Below, in pieces: positions 30,001 to 45,000 of a DNA stretch of 64,000 nucleotides (positions are counted from its first letter, which is position 1; each line of letters starts with the position of its first letter). The stretch spans positions 35,966,401 through 36,030,400 of the forward strand of contig CM120641.1 of NCBI GenBank assembly GCA_051362555.1. Direction: 5' to 3'. The position numbers and the translations under genes were made by a program. The notes beneath the pieces were generated by a model. The model had not been told where the DNA came from. It saw only the letters and a list, made by a program, of their open reading frames with translations, and did no database searches. This stretch comes from Lingula anatina (taxonomy: Eukaryota; Animalia; Brachiopoda).

Positions 30001-33000
30001 ACGCATTAAATAAATCAAATAATGAAATTTGTCTTCTTTAATCCAAGACAATATGTGAATATGAAGTTCATTTCTTAACACTGAAGACTACAATATTTGT
30101 CAGTTGACGCATTTCTATCACATGAAATTTCTTTCAAACCTACCGTTGTGTTGACTGTTTCCAAATAGAAGCTGTTTTCTAAGCTGTTTGTGTACATCTC
30201 AAATGTTCCTTGATCTTGGACATGTAGAGAAGATAAGCGGAACTCTCCAGGCTTAGAGGTTTCTCCAATACTGGAGTTAGAATCCAAGACTACACGTCCA
30301 TGTTGGAAAACAAACAGGTCTTCAATGCCAGTTACCTACATCATGAATAAAGAAACCATTACTTACTGCACATTTTGTTTCAAACATAACACCAAAATAT
30401 CAAGATTAAGCTACCAATGTACATAAATGCCATTAAAAATGAACGAGAAAATAATATTGCAAATCTACATTGTAAAAAATTACCTGTCCAGAAGAATACA
30501 GTGATGTTTTATAGAAGAAAACTCTTGGGGGATATTTGGCTTTCCCAGCCTCATAGACATGTGTGTTGAATGAGATGTCTGGTGCTGTCACATTCATCTT
30601 CAAATTCTGGTTATAACCAACATGTTTAAAACCTGAAGTAACACAGATGTATTTTATAATTGAACCAAGTTTAATGTCTACTGAAATACATGCATTTAGG
30701 CAGCAATTTAGAGAAAAATAAAGTGTTTGATGCAATGTCATTGACAACATGGTGACATTTGTTACTAAGAACTACTACCCAAGTAGTGGCAACAGTATAT
30801 GCATGTATTTCACCAAAATGCATAGGGTTACATGTAAATCTTCCCATCCAGTTCACATTAGTTTACAACAATACATTACCTTATATCTAATATACAGCAA
30901 AACAGAACACTTACTAAGCAATTGTAACTGAATGTAAAAATCGTACCTGTGGTATCACCATGCAGTTCTCCAACATCTATATTCACAGGTGTCTGTAATG
31001 TTCCATCTGCCATCATGGCCAGCTGAGCACCTCCAAGGATGTGCAGGTCATGAAAGAGGTGGAAGTTTGTCCCCGACTCGGCCTCTATCCATGTCTTAGC
31101 ACTGTCAAGCTCCCTGTATTTGTACCTGTCACAGGTTTAGGTGTCAATAAGCAATTATGTTACCAGTACTCATACCTGCTATGGCCCTAGCTGTCAGCAA
31201 TTATCCTTTAACTGCTTAATTGCTCTCCATTTACCTGCAGAGCTTACTTTTCTCAATGGTACTCAATGGCTATCTTTACTGGATTGAGGATGCATGGGCT
31301 TGATTTTATATTATTGTCTATAGTAAGCAATTGGATGTTTGAATTTCTGATGGGGATAACAATTAATTAAAAAATTTCATTAATGAGCAAATGGGGAATT
31401 TTGAAGAAAGCCACTGGGTAACATAATTCCACATGATAAGAAAACCAAAATATCAAAAAAATAAAATAAAATGAAATAAAACTGTGATACCTGTCATATA
31501 CATTCTCTCCATTGACAAATATTTCCACCTGAGACAGTGAAGCATATGCATCTCCTGAACTCCTAGTACTCTGTACATCTATGTACACTGTGTCGACACT
31601 GGCACGGACCTCAAGGTCCAAGTATGCCCCCTGGGTACAAGGCGAGGCTACAACATAGGCTGTGGTGATGGCAAAGGATGTACTGCCTCTCTTGGCTCTG
31701 ACCTGAAATTTAATATTCGTTCTAATCAAAAATCGGAAAGCACCAACCACTTTCCACTTAGAAATAACTTTCCTATATCATATGCATAACGTCTTTCTAA
31801 TATCCATACTCATATATAAGCATCCATAAATAAATATTGGTGTCATTAAGTGAGTGCTAAAAAAACAATACATCTCTAACTGGAAGACAGGGTATCTTTG
31901 ATAGGTGATTTTCAAATCTTTAAAAAATGCCATTAATACACTAAATTTTTTAAAAATTGAAATATAGTTACCTGAAATCTGGATGGGAATGCACAGTTTG
32001 GAAAAACTCTAACTCTGTTGAGGAAATGTGTGGTGTTCAGTGTCACTGTAACAGTTGTGCTCCCAGAATACACCAGGAAATATTGATGCATATCACTGCT
32101 TGACAAAGTCTGATCAAACAAATAAGCCAAAAGATAACTGGTGGCATCATTTGGCAGACATCCCCAGCAGTTTCGGTTATAAATAGGAGCTGATGAAGTA
32201 ACTGTAAACCCATCCCCTGTTGAAAAAGTGTTTGACTTGCTGTACTGAGATGGTTTGATGCTGAGATCCAATCTATGCCCAATATTGTGTATCTCATCAT
32301 CCAGTGGCTTCCTTCCCATGTTATCGACCTTGAGTGTAGTCTTTCCTGTACCAATATCCTGAATGTAGACTGTGCCAGATGCACCTGCTTCAGGTCCAAG
32401 TCCTAACCCCACTGGACCTCCAAAGACATCAATACTGCCCCCGTAGGGTCTGTGGGTTATGTGGGTGTCATGGTAGATGGCGATCCGACCACCGGCACCA
32501 CTTCCTCCTTGGTTACCTGCGGCACCTCCCAGAGCCTGGATGGCACCAGTGTGGCCACCTGTAACAACAGTATATAGCATCTAGTACATTTTGTAAGCTT
32601 TAAATAATGTGCTGAATCAAACAAACATAAATTAGAAAGAAATTTTCTAGAAAAAGCATCAAATTGTATCTAAAAGTTAGTAGCATATTCAAACTAAATT
32701 GATTAATAGACTTTGAGATGGCTTTTGAACAGAGAGATTGAATAATCATCTCAATACCTTTAAAACTTACAAACAAAACATGATTTAATAAAACATACTA
32801 GGAATTGAAATGTATACATTTTAGTGATTTCAAAGAAAGAAAAACTAACCAGTGAAATTTGCTGTAAAGATAAGTATGCTGCCTCCACTGCCGCCTGCTG
32901 CCCCACTGGCACTGCCAGTGACATTTCTGCTGTTAGACAATATGTAACCATCGACTTTCAAAACCTTTGACACATGGATCTCCAAGATTCCTCCACCTGC

Positions 33001-36000
33001 AAATATATAGTCAAAAAATGGTTATATCAGTTGATTTGAAAATTTATAAAACAATAAATAATAATAAAAAAGAATGAAACCTTCAAAACAAACAACTGTT
33101 TGGAAAAATAAACAAGGACTGCACATAATATGTATACTTGCAATGATGGGAGTTTCACATTTTTCACTTGTTTTTCATAAAGGTAGGATCAACATGCTTT
33201 AAAAAACTAAATGATCACATCAAATTCAATCTTATTCCTGTAAAAGTAATATTCCAACCTATGCCAGCTCTCTCATGTATTCCTCCACTGCCAAAGTCTC
33301 TGGGATAGTACAGGTCACCATAGGGTAAGTTTCTCTTGAGACGACAAGTCTGGAACCCTCCACAGCCTCCTCGTCCACCCATACCACCATGTGAGGCCCC
33401 ACTGGAACCCAGACGATGATATACACCTGGAGCTATACAAGAAGCAAAAGCCACATCATTTCTTTTTCTCAGAAGATTTTTTTAATTTAAAAGATAACAA
33501 AGCATGGAAAATATCTATACTTTTTAAATGAAATATCTGAAACGGTGCAAGTATAATTTTTGGTTTAAATGCCTATAACTTAGATACAAATGTCATCAAA
33601 AATTCTAAAAAATGACTTTCAAGATACTTAGTCATACCTTTTTGCAATAATCTACACATAGCAATTTATTACTGAAGAACACAACCAAATTAGTTTCTTC
33701 GAAAAAAAAGGGATCATTTTAAAACAGACTACTTACCTCTACCATTTCCAGCCAGAAACCCTCCATCACTGACATCAATAGTTCCAGCATCATCCACCGT
33801 CAAGTAGGTAGCATCAATCAACATGTTCTTCCCATTGATCAGGCCCCCACCTTCCACCACCAGGGCACCAAAACTCAGGTTGTACTGACGGTGGTCAGCA
33901 AATGGGCTGCTGGCATTAATGACCGACCTTGCCTTGACCACAGTGGTGCCATTGAAGACATAGTTGAGAGCCGGTCTATTATTGGTGGACCCTGTGAGCT
34001 GTAATTTTAAGGCACCTCCATTAACTAAGGTCATGTTGATAACATGATCCAAGGTGCCTGCTAGATACACAAACACTTTATTTAATTCTGTCATTGGGGC
34101 CAGGCCTAGGTATCCTTTCTCATATACAAAGGAACTAAAGGGTGTGTCAATGAAGTCTCTTCTCAGATCCATAATTTGATTTGGTCCAACATGAATATTC
34201 CCAGTGCGATCTCCAATCATGTGCCTGAAATGCAAAGAGGCACTACTATCAGGGGGATCAGTCATGATAGCAAAATGAGCATTGCCATAAATTTGTAATT
34301 CATCAAAGTGAAAAAGTCCTCCTTTACCAGCAAAATCATGCTGAGAAGACTGAGGAAGAACCCATGCCTTGAAACTATCTGTTGAAATATCAGAATAATT
34401 TCTTATGATATCCCAGTGCTTGCTTTCCAGTCCAGCATTTTCAATGAGGAGAGTGGTATGATCATATTCCATGTGGTACAAGAACACTGTCCCAGGTCCT
34501 CCTGGTTCAACATTCACATTGGCTCTGTGAGTGACACTTCCACCATGGGCTTCAAATTTTCCAATGAAAGTGGCATTTTCCTGAAAATATGTGGCTACTC
34601 TCCCACCAGCACCAGCGCCACCATTGCCATTCAAGAACTGACTCCCTCCATTGGCAGTTACTCTACCCCTTCCTTTCAGCAGTTTACAATGCATCCATAT
34701 GCTGCCACCACTTCCGCCTCCACCAGAGCTAGCCTGGGCAGTTCCACCATCAGCACCCACAATTCCATCAATCTGGATGGTGTCAGTCACATTAAACCAG
34801 ATGGTGCCTCCTCCTCTGCCACCTGAACCTAAACCTCCACCTCCTGCACTACCTAGTGTTAGAGGCTCATACAGATCCCCATATGGTGTCCCAGTCCTTG
34901 CCTGACCGTGTCCTCTGCCACTGGTGCCACCGTGAGAGCCCCCTGATGAACCTGAGGGATGACTATGACCTAAGCCTATGTTTACCATCTGGGACAGATT
35001 TTGAGGATCTGTTGGGCAGAATCCTTCAGCATCAGCATTCATAAAACCTCCATCATCTATGGTGATGTTCTCAGCATTCACTGTCACTTTTGTCCCATGG
35101 AACGTTCCCCCACCCTCAATGGACATATCAGTAACATGGAAGAATATGCCTACATCCAAGACAGGGTCTGTTGTTGCTTCTATCGTGGAGTTGTCCTGAA
35201 TTCTCACAACATTGAACCAGTAGTTACTGTACTCTGCACCCTCTGTTCTTCCTCCTTCCTCCAAGGAAAGTAGCCCATTATGATGTAATGTAGCATTCTG
35301 GATGTGAGCAAGAACACCATGCAGCCAAATGCTGACATTATGAATGATCGTGTCCGGTGCAAGCCCCAGATATCCACCTCTGTATACTCTTACACTGAAA
35401 GGCAGATCTATCTCTGGTCTCTCCAAGTCCATTGTTTGGTTAAATGCAATGTGAACAGTGCCTGAACGGTCCCCTATCATGTTTAGGAAAAACAAAGAGG
35501 TTTTTCTATCCACAGGTTCTGTTAGGTAAGCAAGATGTGCCCCTCCATACATTTGGATTTCTTCAAAATGATAATTGTGGTGTCCTGCAGCCAGCCAATG
35601 ATAGCCAGACTTATGGAGTATCCATGTTCTACACCCATCCTGTGTGATATCACCATAATCAGAAATGACATGAAAGTTTTTTGGATCTCTTGGATACAAC
35701 CCATTATTGTCAATGATCAGTGTTCTGTGTTCGTAAACCATGTGATAGATAAAGGCTGTGCCTGCGCCTCCATGTTCTGCCTTGGTCCCTCCAGCATGGC
35801 CACCATAGGCCGTGTAACGGAATCCAGACATGGTCTCATTTTTCACAAAGTATATGGCCACCCTTCCTCCACCTCCTCCTCCACCTGGGTATGAAGAATG
35901 CTTGGAGCCAAATCCACCGTTAGCTGATATTTTCCCATAGCCCTTGATGATATTACAGTACATCCAGATGCTTCCTCCACTACCTCCACCACCACCAGAG

Positions 36001-39000
36001 TTGACCTCTGCATCTCCGCCATTTGCTGACACTTCACCATCAATAAAAATAGTCCCTGTTACATTCATCCAGATCATTCCACCCCCTGAACCTCCCTGTT
36101 GGTCACTAGTCAGTCCTAATCCACCAGCACTACCAAATACCAGAGGCTCATACAGGTCTCCATAGGGTAACCCTCCTCCCGATCCTCTGCTGCCTCTACC
36201 TCCACTCCCGCCGTGGCCCCCTCCAGATCCTTGGCCAATGCTGGAACTAGGAAGACCCATGTTAACATCTCCATGTAAAGACAGATGACCATGGGTGGCA
36301 TTAGTGTGTGTCGAGTTGTACCCCAAACCGTCTACAGCAATTTTCCCCCCAGCATCAACAGTGATGTTTTCGGACACCATAATAAGTTTGGTACCATGCA
36401 ACAGACCACCGCCTTCTACAAATATGGCCCTGGTTTCCAGGTTAATGCCAGGGTCCAGGATTGGATCAGTTCTTGCATAAACTGTAGATTTGTCCTGAAT
36501 TCTTACTGTATCAAACTTGTAATGTGAATACTCTTGGTCACTTGTCCGTCCACCATGCTGCATCCAAAAGTAGCCGCCATGATGCAGGGTTATGTTAATC
36601 ACGTTGGCCAGGACACCGGCCATGTGGATGTAAACACCATGCACCACAGTACGGGATGCCAAACCAAGGTGACCATTAAAATAAACATGGGCATTGTAAG
36701 GAAGGTCGATATCTCCTCTCAACAAGTCCATGTGTTGCTGGGATGCTATATGAACTGTGCCTGTTCTGTCCCCAATCATGTAACGGAAAAACAGACTAAC
36801 AACATATGGCTTGGTTGATACAAACGAGGTCAAGGAGTTCTCTGGTTCTATGACATACAGGGAATCATTATTCAAGGTTTCAGTTGGTGTCAGCACAGCA
36901 AGGTGTGCATTACCATAAATCTGCAGCTCATCAAAATGATACAGGTTTTGTCCAGCAGCAAAGGAATGGACCCCAGACAGTGGCAGTATCCATGCTCTAC
37001 AGCCATCCTTCTCAATATTATCCCAGTCAATGCTGTTGGTCAGTGGATGTGGATTATTATGATTGTCAACCAAAAGAGTGGTATGGTTCTGAACCATGTG
37101 GTAAAGAAACACAGTTCCAGGGCCACCACTTTCACATGTACTACAGCCAGAACCGGGTGCCCCACCATAAGAATAGTACTTAAAGGCACTGAAAGTTTCG
37201 TTCACTTGAAAATACAAAGCCAATCTTCCACCTGCACCACCACCACTTTTCCCAAGGCTTGTTGAGACACCGTCACCACCATTGACCGTGATTTGTCCAT
37301 AACCCGTTATTCGATAACAGTGCATCCAGATACTGCCACCACTTCCTCCACCACCTGTGTGGTATCCCTTGGTGTCACCATCAGCGCCGTTGGCAGATAC
37401 AACGCCATCTATTGAGATTGTGTCTGTCACATTGAACCATATGTAACCTCCTCCAGGTCCTCCTGTTTCACCACCCCCTGCACTGCCAAAGTTTTCTGAT
37501 TCATACAGATTGTTGTATGGTGATCCAGTGCGTGGGACTCCTAAAATGTTAAAAGAAGAAAATCATATACTGATGGTAATGCTAATAAAAATATAAATTT
37601 ATAGTTTAAAATCCATATAAAATGTTTAGTAGACTTTACATGGGTAAAATGAACAGGATAAGATCAATTAAGTCAATAAATAAATAAATAAATAGGCACA
37701 TTTAGATATTGAAAGGTATAGTGCAATGTAAATGAATGTATGGACAGTTAAAAATTTAAGATATTAAAATAGTATAATGTTAGGATAGTACACAGTAATG
37801 ATGATGACAGCAAGGATGACAATGATGATGAGATAAATACTAATTCTGACAATGATATTGATGACAGCGTTCACAGTTAAAGATGGTCATGCCAGAGAAG
37901 ATGATTGTGGTGATGATGATGATGATAATAATGATAACCTTTTATTAATTAAATAACTGACATATTACTACTTGCCCCCCTTTAACATCCTCTGCCTACC
38001 TTGACCATGTCCACCACTTCCTCCATGCCCTGCTCCAGATGCACTGTACCCTACAGAATATCCTAAGCCAGGGTTGATGATGCCATGCTGCCCTGTCCTA
38101 TAGCTGCCATTGGCCCATTTACTTAGGCCATCAGCCACACTGTATCCCTGACCATTGGCTTCCATAGAGCCTCCAGAGTCTATGGTTATGTTCTCTGCAA
38201 AAACGTACATGTGTGTGCCACGCACAAGCCCTCCCCCATCCACATGGAGAGTGGTGACGTTAAAGACAATCCCGACATCTTGAACAGGTCTTGAAATCAT
38301 TTCTATGTACCCATCAGTTTGAACATGAACGCTGTAAAAATCATAGTAGCCTGGATCTCTGCCAAGTGTTCTTCCCTCTCTTCTCAGTAGGAGCTTGCCA
38401 CCATGGTGTAATGTCAGGTTATTGACATAGGCTAGTGTTCCATTATGAAATATAGTTACACCGTGGACTACGGTGTCTGGTGCCAGGCCCAGGAAACCAT
38501 TGTTGTACACATGGACATTGAATGGAAGGTCTATCTGTGGCCTCTCAAGGTCCATGGTTTGGTTGTTGCCGATGTGAATTGTTCCAGATCTGTCCCCGAT
38601 CATGTTGGCAAAGAAAACTGTGGCTGCAGTGTCTGGCGGGTCGGTCAGAACGGCCAGCTGAGCACGGCCCCAGATTTGGAGTTCATCAAAGTAGTACTCA
38701 TTGTTGTGACCTTGCAAGAAAAATTGAATTGCCCATAAAATACAATATTCATCTATAGGAATAAATTGTTTGAAGTTAATATACCATTAAATAGCCATGA
38801 AAAAAAATATAACAATTCCATGGAGTATATGTAATATTTTTTGTTTCACATAATTATTTATATTAACATGATAAATAAACTCCCAAATAAGCCATCCATA
38901 CCAAATGATCACAGTTACTTTAAGTGAAACATCTTTATTTTCACAGTTAAATTCGGAAATGTCTGACAGTGAGAAAAATTTGATGTTAAAGACTGTTCAG

Positions 39001-42000
39001 AATCTTGATGGTACCAGCAAACTCATGTCTCCCATGATGTGGTAGGAACCAAGCTCTGCCCTCATCTTCTGATATGTCATCATAGGATGCAATCACCTCC
39101 ACTTCATCTACTGCAGGACCCCGGCCAGCATTGTTGATCATTAAGGTGGTGTGGTTGTATACTGAAAACATGTGCAAAAGAAGCTGATGTACATTAAAAA
39201 TTTCTCAGCCAAATGGAAAAAATACAACAGAATTCTAAAGATGCAATAAAATAATATGGCAAATTTCTTAATCAGATACTAAATATACATAGAGTTTATA
39301 TCTATACACATGACAGAATATTTGCTGAAGTTTTCACTCTAAAAATAAATGCTGCACTGGAATTGCTTCACCATAAAAAGTTCAACAAGGCTAATGAGGA
39401 AGTTATCATTACAAGACAGTTAAAAAAGATTTCAAAAAAAATTGATATACGAAAAGATCACTTCAAGTTTCCAAATTGGATGCTACCTGTGTGATAGAAA
39501 AACATGGTCCCTGGTCCACCATCACTGCCACCATTTGCACCACCCTGTCCACCATGTGCCTGGAAGTCACCCGAGAAAGTTCTGTTCCGAGCAAAATAAA
39601 CAGCTATCCTCCCTCCTGCTCCTCCTCCCCCTCCTGATGGGCTGTCTCCACCATTAACTGTCACCTTGCCAAAACCCTGAAATCAGAGGTTGTATTGATT
39701 TTTACATTCTTAAGATAGATATTACCACATAAGCACTTATTTTATTTAAAATATTGAGATATTCTTAGACTACCTATTGTAAACGTGTGACTAGAGTAAG
39801 GTATGGCACTTCAAATAATAAAGGTTTACTGGTAACTTATTGAGTAAATAAGCTTAATCTATTAATTTAATCATGAAAATACATCAAGGTCTATTTGGTA
39901 TTGGTATCAGAACAAGATATACATACTAAAAACTGGGTAACTGTTAAGTCACAATTATATCTAGAACACCCAAAATTATTCTTTAGAATAGAAAACCCAC
40001 CTGCATCAAATTGGTTTCAATGTTAATGGATCCACCACTTCCACCACCACTATATCCAGTTCCAGAACCACCGCTGGCACTGATCTCTCCATCTATCTTC
40101 AGTGTCTCCATGACCCTGAGAACCACGGTGCCTCCTCCCTGTCCTGGCACATAGCTCCCTCTGGTGCCACCCTCACAGCCTCTGGTGTACGGCTCAAAGA
40201 GGTCTCCGTAGGCTGCTCCTGTTTTACGCTGTCCTGTGCCACGCCCACCTCGGCCGCCATGTCCAGCACCTATGTTACGAACCATATTATTTTATGTAAT
40301 CTCCTCATGGTACACATTTACATTTTGACAATATGAAAATAAGATGTTTATAGATTAATAACAACACAACAGTTACTTAAATGCATAAGTGAATAAATAA
40401 GTATTCAGCCAAGGTTTATTGTGGAATGAACTTTTGTAATTACCGTTGGTAGAGCTAACAAATTACAGCAGGCCCGTAGCCAGTGGTGTTCGGGGGGTTC
40501 AAAAGAACCCCCCCCCCCCTTTTTGCTGTTAAAAAGTCCACTCTAGGTAAAATTTGACCTAGGTAAATGGGGATTATACTGTAAAAGGTCCACTTTTTCA
40601 GAAAAAGGCCTGTACAGACTTAATAAAAGATACAATGTCAGTCACAGTTTGAATCCATGCAAAAGTATTTCCAAACTATTCCTTATCCATATAATATAGG
40701 AATTAACTTGCCTGAAGCTCCCCCACTTGCAGTATTAATGCCATATCCTTCTGGACACAGAATATTGTGAAGATCTCCTATGATCTGTCCCTCGGCATCC
40801 ACAGTCAAGTTCTTAGCAGTTATATTTACATGGACTCCATGAACATGACCACCTGCTTTGATGTAGATTTCACTTGCCTAATGAAGAGAAAAGAAAGTAC
40901 CAGTATGGCTTTGTTAAAATAATATAAAAAACAGTTATGAAGCATTAGAAATGTAAAAAAATTTTCACACATTTTAAAATCATACATCAAAAATATATCT
41001 GTTTACAAAAATATGAAATAAAAACAATTACAGGACAATACAACATTACAAACTAGATTCCCTAAACCAAGTGTTACGAAAGGAATACTTACAGAAAAAG
41101 TGGAAAACATATTACACAGGGGAAACAAGCTAGAGTCAATTAAGAGTCATCAAAATATCAAAAATGGCATAAAATAACCAAGATAATCAAGCCAACATTA
41201 TTAACACTTTAAAATTAATTAAAAGACAAGGAATTTATACAGTTCACTCACATTAATTGTAACATTTCTATTCATCTGTGGTATTCCGTCCATCATGGCG
41301 ACCTCTCCGCCATGTCCTACAGTCAGGGTGTTGAATACATACACCCCAGGCTGGTACACATGGTAAGCTGTCCTTGTGGTGCCGGTGTTACTGAACATCA
41401 GCTTACAGCCATCACCAACAAATATGTCTTCCACACCAAGAACGCCCCTGATATTACAATAAATTATTTATGAATGGAACGATATGCATCCCAATTCTTA
41501 GTCTGACAATTTATATATATTTTTATAAAAATTAAAACCTGAAAAACAATTAATAATGCTTTTAAGTGTAACACGTCAATATAATATAACTTTTGTATAA
41601 GAAATTTATTGTATCATAACAATTATTGTTGCAATACTGAATGCTGATGTAAAAATATTTAATGTTATATCATTATAACTTACAAACCACATTACATTTT
41701 ATTTTAAAGTACAGTAACTGTTTAAATCTAGAACTGTTTAAGTTTTAATGCACAAATGTGCAGAATCCTTACCTTACAATAATGGTGACATTATAGCATC
41801 CAAAGGAGGGTGGCAGAATGAAGGTGCCTCCTTCATGGACATACACATTGGACTCAAACTCGGACTGGTCAGCAAACTGACTGACCAAGTTCTGGCCAGG
41901 ACCTACATGGATCCAGCCAGTGCGGTCTCCAATAAACTTGAATGCTTTGATGTGACTGAAAAGGCCATAAAAGGATCAATCAATCAATCAACACTGTTTT

Positions 42001-45000
42001 CACTTTTTTTAAATAAAAAAAATCCTACTATAAATTCTAAATGTATATGGCACTGCATTTTGCAAAAACTGTCAATGTGGCGATGAAAATTTCTATTTTT
42101 TTATCAAAAAAAATCATTTGCGTTTCATTGTTAACACTGAGTGATTGAAAGTTGCCAGATTATCATACTTGGTAACATTAGGATGCACAGCTAGATGGGC
42201 TCCTTCAATGACATGCAGCTCCTCTATCACCTCTGTCTGGTTGTCATATAACCAAGTTCTGCTAGAGTCCATCTCAAATGTTGCATAGTCTGAGATATAT
42301 GGCTCTGGAGGCTGCCTATTGTTATTGGCAATTGTTAAGGATCTATTCAGCACATGCTCTGTACGATCCTGAAAATCAATAAATTGAAATCTGTAATTTG
42401 ATACAAGTCCACACTAAAAGTTGCATTTGACAGCTTTGTCTTTTACAGCATTCTATTCTGAAAAGATGTTGCAAATGACTTTGGTGTAAAAAGAGCACAA
42501 AAAATATAAACTAGCTAGTGTTCACAGTTTCAACTACAAAAAACTATCCTTAAATCTAATATATAAAACAGATGTTCCACAATTGCTTTCAATGAATTTC
42601 GAAAGCATGGAATTTTAATCATTTTATCTAACAACAAATGTTATAAGTTAATCTAATTAAAAACATAAGATATATAGACACATAATATCCTTCGTGATCA
42701 TAAAACATCATAATTAAAACATATATTTCATCCAAAATGTACCTGCATGTACACTGTACCAGCTCCACCTATACTGTGTCCTGATCCTCCATAAGACTGC
42801 GTCCTGCCTAACCACCAGTCCCGCTTGTTCCAGTAAACAGCCACTCTCCCGCCTGAACCTCCACCGGCACTGCTTCCTCCACTGCCGCCATTGGCCTATA
42901 AATAGAACAAATTTACACAATATATACATATCTATATGAAAAAAAAACAAAAATTAATGTTGTACACATAAATCATCTTTTTCTATTTAAGAAACACATC
43001 TTGTCTCAACTCCCACAATTGAAACTATCCCAAACTTTCTCAATTTTTCTAAAACAGAAAAAAAATTGCAATAAAAGAGAAATGAGACTTATACTGTACC
43101 CTTATGGTTCCATATCCTTTGAGTTCTTGTGTTGAAATCTTAATGCTACCTCCACTTCCTCCACCTGTGTTCCCTCCAGGCTGACCATTGCTACTGACTG
43201 TACCTTCTACTAGCAGAAGTTCACTCACAGACAAGTAAAGTATACCACCACCTGAAAATCATATATATAGAGGTAAATCTATTGGACAAGAGTGTTGTGT
43301 TGACAATACACTAGTAAGTGCAACAGGGTTTACACATTCTATAGTCTTCGTCATATGTTCATGTTAAATGTCTGAATTTGTTAAACCATAACAAAGAATT
43401 GCACCCAATACATCCCAAACTATAAGCTAACACTTATCTTATGTTTTGAATTGAAAAAAAAAAAACAATTGGCAAAATAACCACAAACTGAAGGTGAAAT
43501 AAGATTTTTTTACATTACTATACAGGGTTCAGACAAATATCTTGACCACTCCATAATCTTTTAAAGTAAGAATACACATTACATACACAAAGCATTCAAT
43601 ACACAAAGCATTCAATTTCAAAACAGCAGAAGTCCCCTAAGATTACCTTTTCCTGATGAATTGGTAGCCCCACCTCCTCCACTGCCAAAATCATCTGGCT
43701 GGTAAATAGATCCATAAACAGCACCTGCCACAGCTAGAAGATGACAAGTACATCATATCTTAAATTTAAAATTCTACCAAAATATGCAACAAATCAATTC
43801 GATTAGTCCAATATTGCATTTATGATTTGAACACATCCACTTTTAATAAATTTTTTTTTTTAGTCAATCTGTAAATTTTCACCCACGTTCACAAAATCAC
43901 TGCTGCCAGTGTAACACTTACATGAAACTGGGTTTCCCTGTCCGCTATGGCCTCCATACCCTCCTCCTGCCTTACCAGTCCCAGCTCCTTGTCCATCTAT
44001 CAGGCCTGCACCATCAGTGTGTAGATGACCATATGCATCCACTACCACAGAGACTGCCGAAATCCTCAACACAGACCCCTTCACTGTGCCCCCTCCCTCC
44101 ACTGTCAGGGTACCACTTCGCTTGCCTTCTCCAGGCAAAGGGACAACCTAGGAAAATTAAAAAATATATCATTATAATATTTATCATATCCTGCAAACTC
44201 CAAAACTTCAATTACATATACACCTTATTATAAAATACTGCTTGTATTTTTTCAAGAGCAATCATAGCAATTTGTCTTGAGTAACATCCCTGCAAAAATA
44301 TTGACCAAAAACTATAAGTCCCATGACATACAGTAATTTCAGTTAATTTTAATCAACATTTTAACTTATGCAAGATGTAAAACGTACTTTCAAATCCCAG
44401 AAATCTTGACTGTTTCCATAACTACTGACAAACTCCAGTAGGCCTCCATCTTGTACTGATACCTCAGCAAACTGAATTGTTCTAGGGCTGGCGAGCTGGA
44501 AACGCAGTGTTCCACCTGCACAAAAAAGTTTTTCACACCAAAATGATACCTACATCAACTTTCAAAATTACAATAAAATATAATCTTTAAAATGTCTTAA
44601 AAGATGTGGCTCTTGAAGGAAAAGGCAATAAGTTGTCAACATGTAATAAATTCAGTAACAGCTTCAACGGTAAAACCTAGCTATTACACACAGACACACA
44701 AAAGGTGAAATTTAATAGTTGGCATTTGACTGCAAAATGAATGGCATGTAGTTAGAATGATAGATCATCCAACCTGCCTATCTGCTTTTAAAAAGTATAT
44801 GGTTCTTTTCATTTGACCAAAAAGGATCAAGATAGCATTCAAAACAGTTAAATCGGTCTCCAGACAAATCTTATCCTTTAATTCACCCTTGTCCTTTACC
44901 TGTTCCAACCAACATGTGAGTCCTGTGTCCTATCAGATTTCCCCATATGTTAATGGACTTTGTAAGCAGCACATTTGTTGGACATGTTCCTTCATCATAA

